This document shows, piece by piece, positions 61,700 to 64,000 of a stretch of DNA of 64,000 nt. This stretch comes from an uncultured Bacilli bacterium (GTDB taxonomy: Bacteria > Bacillota_I > Bacilli_A > RF39 > UBA660). A program made the position numbers and the translations under genes. A model generated the notes under the pieces. The model made no database searches, had not been told where the DNA came from, and saw only the letters and a program-made list of their open reading frames with translations. Positions within the stretch are counted from its first letter, which is position 1. Every line of letters starts with the position of its first letter. The stretch spans positions 2,893-66,892 of the forward strand of contig CANQPC010000002.1 of the NCBI GenBank assembly GCA_947625625.1, given 5' to 3'.

Positions 61700-62284
61700 T
61701 TAATTATCACCATTAAACTCAGACTTTTGCTTTTCTGTTAAGGTTGGCACAATATAATTTTTTATGTCATCTGTATGGACTAAATAATTTGTTTTAGCTA
61801 AAACTCTATTAGCATGCCATTCAATTTTCTCTTGATATGCTTCATTCTTTTTTAATCTTTCAAATTCTTTAATCAAATATAATTTAAAAGTAGGACTTAA
61901 CCAACTTGCAAATTCAAATGCTATATCAGGATGAGCAAATGTTCCTATGCTATATTTCCCACCTTTAGAATATATTCCTATGGCATTTGTTCTATAAATC
62001 CATCTTTTTGGACTTAAAGTAAATGATGAATATCCAACTTCGTTATTTTTAATTTCACGGAATTCCGTGAAATTAAAATTTTCATTATTTAATTATTCCC
62101 ATAATCCTATATAATCAAATGCTCCTTTATTACTCATCCAATGTATTATAACATTAGCAGGATTTTCAGGATTAAAATATTTTGCTAAATCAGTTAATGA
62201 TATATAGTCGGTATCGCCAATTCTTAAAATACCTATTTTATTGTCATTAACATTTATTTCTGCTTTAATTAACTCTTTTTTCAT
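61700..62284 (-). pseudogene. KilA-N domain protein gene interrupted by an in-frame TAA
   Basis: The track ORF (62093..62284) ends at ...GAFDYIGLWE*. The same frame then continues open for 131 codons: LNNENFNFTEFREIKNNEVGYSSFTLSPKRWIYRTNAIGIYSKGGKYSIGTFAHPDIAFEFASWLSPTFKLYLIKEFERLKKNE... This contains the conserved KilA-N core. Confidence 0.7.
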
Positions 62285-62442
62285 ATTTTCCCCCTTAATT
62301 ACTAAAAATATTTTATCATAAATTATTAAATATTAAAACTCGAACTTATTAAATGTTTTAAAAAGTCCGAGTTTGGTATCAATCTGGTGCGAGTGGTGTA
62401 GATATTTACAACTATTACTTATATTGGTTTAATGGTAGGTAA

Positions 62443-63471
62443 TTAATGCTCAATATCATCTTTTTTAGTTTCATTTAAAACTTTTTCAACTTCATTAATT
62501 AATTGCTCTTTATTAGGAATATAGTAAGTATAAGTAGATGCAAAAACATTGTTTGAAAGTCCACCTAAAGCATAATCAATTGCAATATCCTTTTTGCTTT
62601 TACAAAGAATTATTCCTATTGGTTTATTATCTTCTTTATCATTTATTTCTTCATTATAGTAATTTAAATACATATTCATTTGACCAGCATATTCAGCTTT
62701 CATTTGTCCTATTTTTAAATCAATTAAAACATAACATTTTAATATTTTATTATAAAAAACCATATCAACATAATAATGAGTATTTCCTAAAGTAACTCTT
62801 TGTTGTGTCCCAACAAACATAAATCCTTTTCCTAATTCAAGCAAAAATTCTTCAATATGTTTTACTAACTTTTGCTCCAAATCTTTTTCTAAAATTGGCT
62901 TATTTTCTTTAACTCCTAAAAATTCAAACACATAAGGCTCTTTTAATACATCTTCAGGTGAATTAAGAGTCTGTCCATCTTTTGATAATTCATAAACTTT
63001 TTCTTTATTCTTTTTTCCTTCAGAAAGTAATAATCTTTCAAATAAAGATGTTTCTAATTGCCTTTTTAATTCTCTTACACTCCAGTTAGAATTTAAACAT
63101 TCTTTTTCATAAAAGTTTCGTTCATCAACGTTATCAATACTTAATAATTCACAATAATGAGACCAACTCAATTTTCCAGACACTGTCTGGAATTTTGGAT
63201 AAGTTATATAAAGTTTACGCATGTTAAATAAATTGCTAACAGAAAATCCTGATCCTAAAATTTTTGTTAATTCCTTAGAAAGTTCTTTCATAATCTGTTT
63301 TCCATATTCTGCCTTAATGTTGCCATTCTGTTCGTTTTCAACAATAATTCTTCCAACATTCCAATATGCATGTAACATAGTATTATTTACTTCATAAGCC
63401 ACCTTTTTTCTACTACTTAAAATAATATCTTTAATTTCTTTAATTATTTCAGTGTTATTTTTTTCTAACAT
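62443..63471 (-). CDS. DUF1016 / YhcG-family PD-(D/E)xK nuclease-domain protein
   Basis: N-terminal WNVGRIIVENEQ...AEYGKQIMKELSKELT...GFSVSNLFNMRKLY and a C-terminal nuclease core (YVDMVFYN...LIDLKIG) fit the family pattern. Confidence 0.7.
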   Translation of the reverse strand: MLEKNNTEIIKEIKDIILSSRKKVAYEVNNTMLHAYWNVGRIIVENEQNGNIKAEYGKQIMKELSKELTKILGSGFSVSNLFNMRKLYITYPKFQTVSGKLSWSHYCELLSIDNVDERNFYEKECLNSNWSVRELKRQLETSLFERLLLSEGKKNKEKVYELSKDGQTLNSPEDVLKEPYVFEFLGVKENKPILEKDLEQKLVKHIEEFLLELGKGFMFVGTQQRVTLGNTHYYVDMVFYNKILKCYVLIDLKIGQMKAEYAGQMNMYLNYYNEEINDKEDNKPIGIILCKSKKDIAIDYALGGLSNNVFASTYTYYIPNKEQLINEVEKVLNETKKDDIEH

Positions 63472-63493
63472 AATTTCACTCCTTTCTGAAATA

Positions 63494-63509
63494 GTCAGAC
63501 ATGTCTGAC
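63494..63509. promoter_or_regulatory. 16-bp perfect palindrome GTCAGACATGTCTGAC just upstream of the DUF1016 gene RBS
   Basis: Lies about 23 nt upstream of the start codon. Either an operator-like site or a 5'-UTR hairpin. Confidence 0.3.
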
Positions 63510-63915
63510 CAATTTTTAGTGCTAATAATATTGTATCATAAAATAACTAAAATAGTATCTAATATTGGTAAATTTTATTGCTTTTAATTTATGACAAAAT
63601 AACTAACCCCCCTAGGTATTTTGACAGAAGTATCAAAATAACCTTGGGGAATTTTTATTAAAAAAATCAATCCGAATGGATTGATTATATGTTAAGTTCA
63701 AACTATAAAAGTTCGAACAGAAACGTCACTGGTGCGTATAGAAAAGAAGTTGAATAACTTTTCTCATACTTAATAATAGGTAGTAATAACTACTAACTAA
63801 TATAATTATACTATATTTTTTACATTTTGAACTAACAGATTTGTATATTATACAAAACTTTTCCCAAAAATGCTAATTAGTATGATATAATAATTATAGA
63901 AAGGTAGGTATTGTT

Positions 63916-64000
63916 ATGCAAAAAAGTAATTGTACTGAAATATGTAAAGGCATAATTAAAGAAGTTAAAACTCGTGGTATTGATTATTCACCAACTATAA
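63916..64000 (+). CDS. Start of an unidentified ORF (partial, runs off the window end)
   Basis: An ATG after GAAAGGTAGG, reading MQKSNCTEICKGIIKEVKTRGIDYSPTI... open to the window end. Too short to classify. Confidence 0.3.
   Translation, partial: MQKSNCTEICKGIIKEVKTRGIDYSPTI

Noticed and set aside
62538-62795. 85-aa plus-strand ORF
   Set aside because: It is antisense to the DUF1016/YhcG-type gene. Spurious.
63600-63780. Possible tRNA or small RNA gene in the ORF-free stretch
   Set aside because: I could find no cloverleaf and no GTTCGAATC-type T-arm. There is only a hairpin with a T-run on the minus strand, which is noted under the island finding as unexplained.

Overview
This is a visibly AT-rich (not computed) chromosomal segment from a low-GC, spore-forming Firmicute. 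It uses the standard genetic code: TGA and TAA terminate clearly conserved genes such as hisS. Most of the window is housekeeping or sporulation backbone: rpsP plus a KH protein, hisS, truA, ecfA1-ecfA2-ecfT, rnhC, spoIIP, recX, sodA, topA, comEA/comEC, an ABC-F ATPase, trpS, eno, a gerA-type germinant receptor operon in A-C-B order, and a MoxR/DUF58/vWA/vWA/TPR (Bat-like) operon. Four accessory loci stand out. (1) At 37.1-44.0 kb, nine co-directional, mostly overlapping genes encode a non-canonical F1-like ATPase. They comprise alpha-, beta-, gamma- and epsilon-like subunits, a b-like protein, a c-like proteolipid that lacks the ion-binding carboxylate, and three orphan proteins. Four tandem secreted proteins with TasA/camelysin-type (SipW-type) N-termini follow immediately at 34.0-37.1 kb. 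This is my best candidate for an undescribed system, possibly an F1-like motor linked to a fibre or surface-protein family. (2) Two more members of the same secreted family lie at 8.9-10.2 kb. (3) At 24.6-30.0 kb there is a tandem array of four cell-wall proteins with (S/P)PxTG sorting signals. Their ends and intergenic modules are near-identical, and a two-component system sits next to them. (4) At 60.6-64 kb there is a decayed mobile or prophage-like patch with a 3' fragment of argS, a KilA-N gene carrying an in-frame stop, and a DUF1016/YhcG-type nuclease. I saw no rRNA, tRNA or CRISPR. All family calls rest on motifs read by eye, with no searches run. Coordinates I derived myself (starts, hairpins, promoters) may be off by 1-2 nt.
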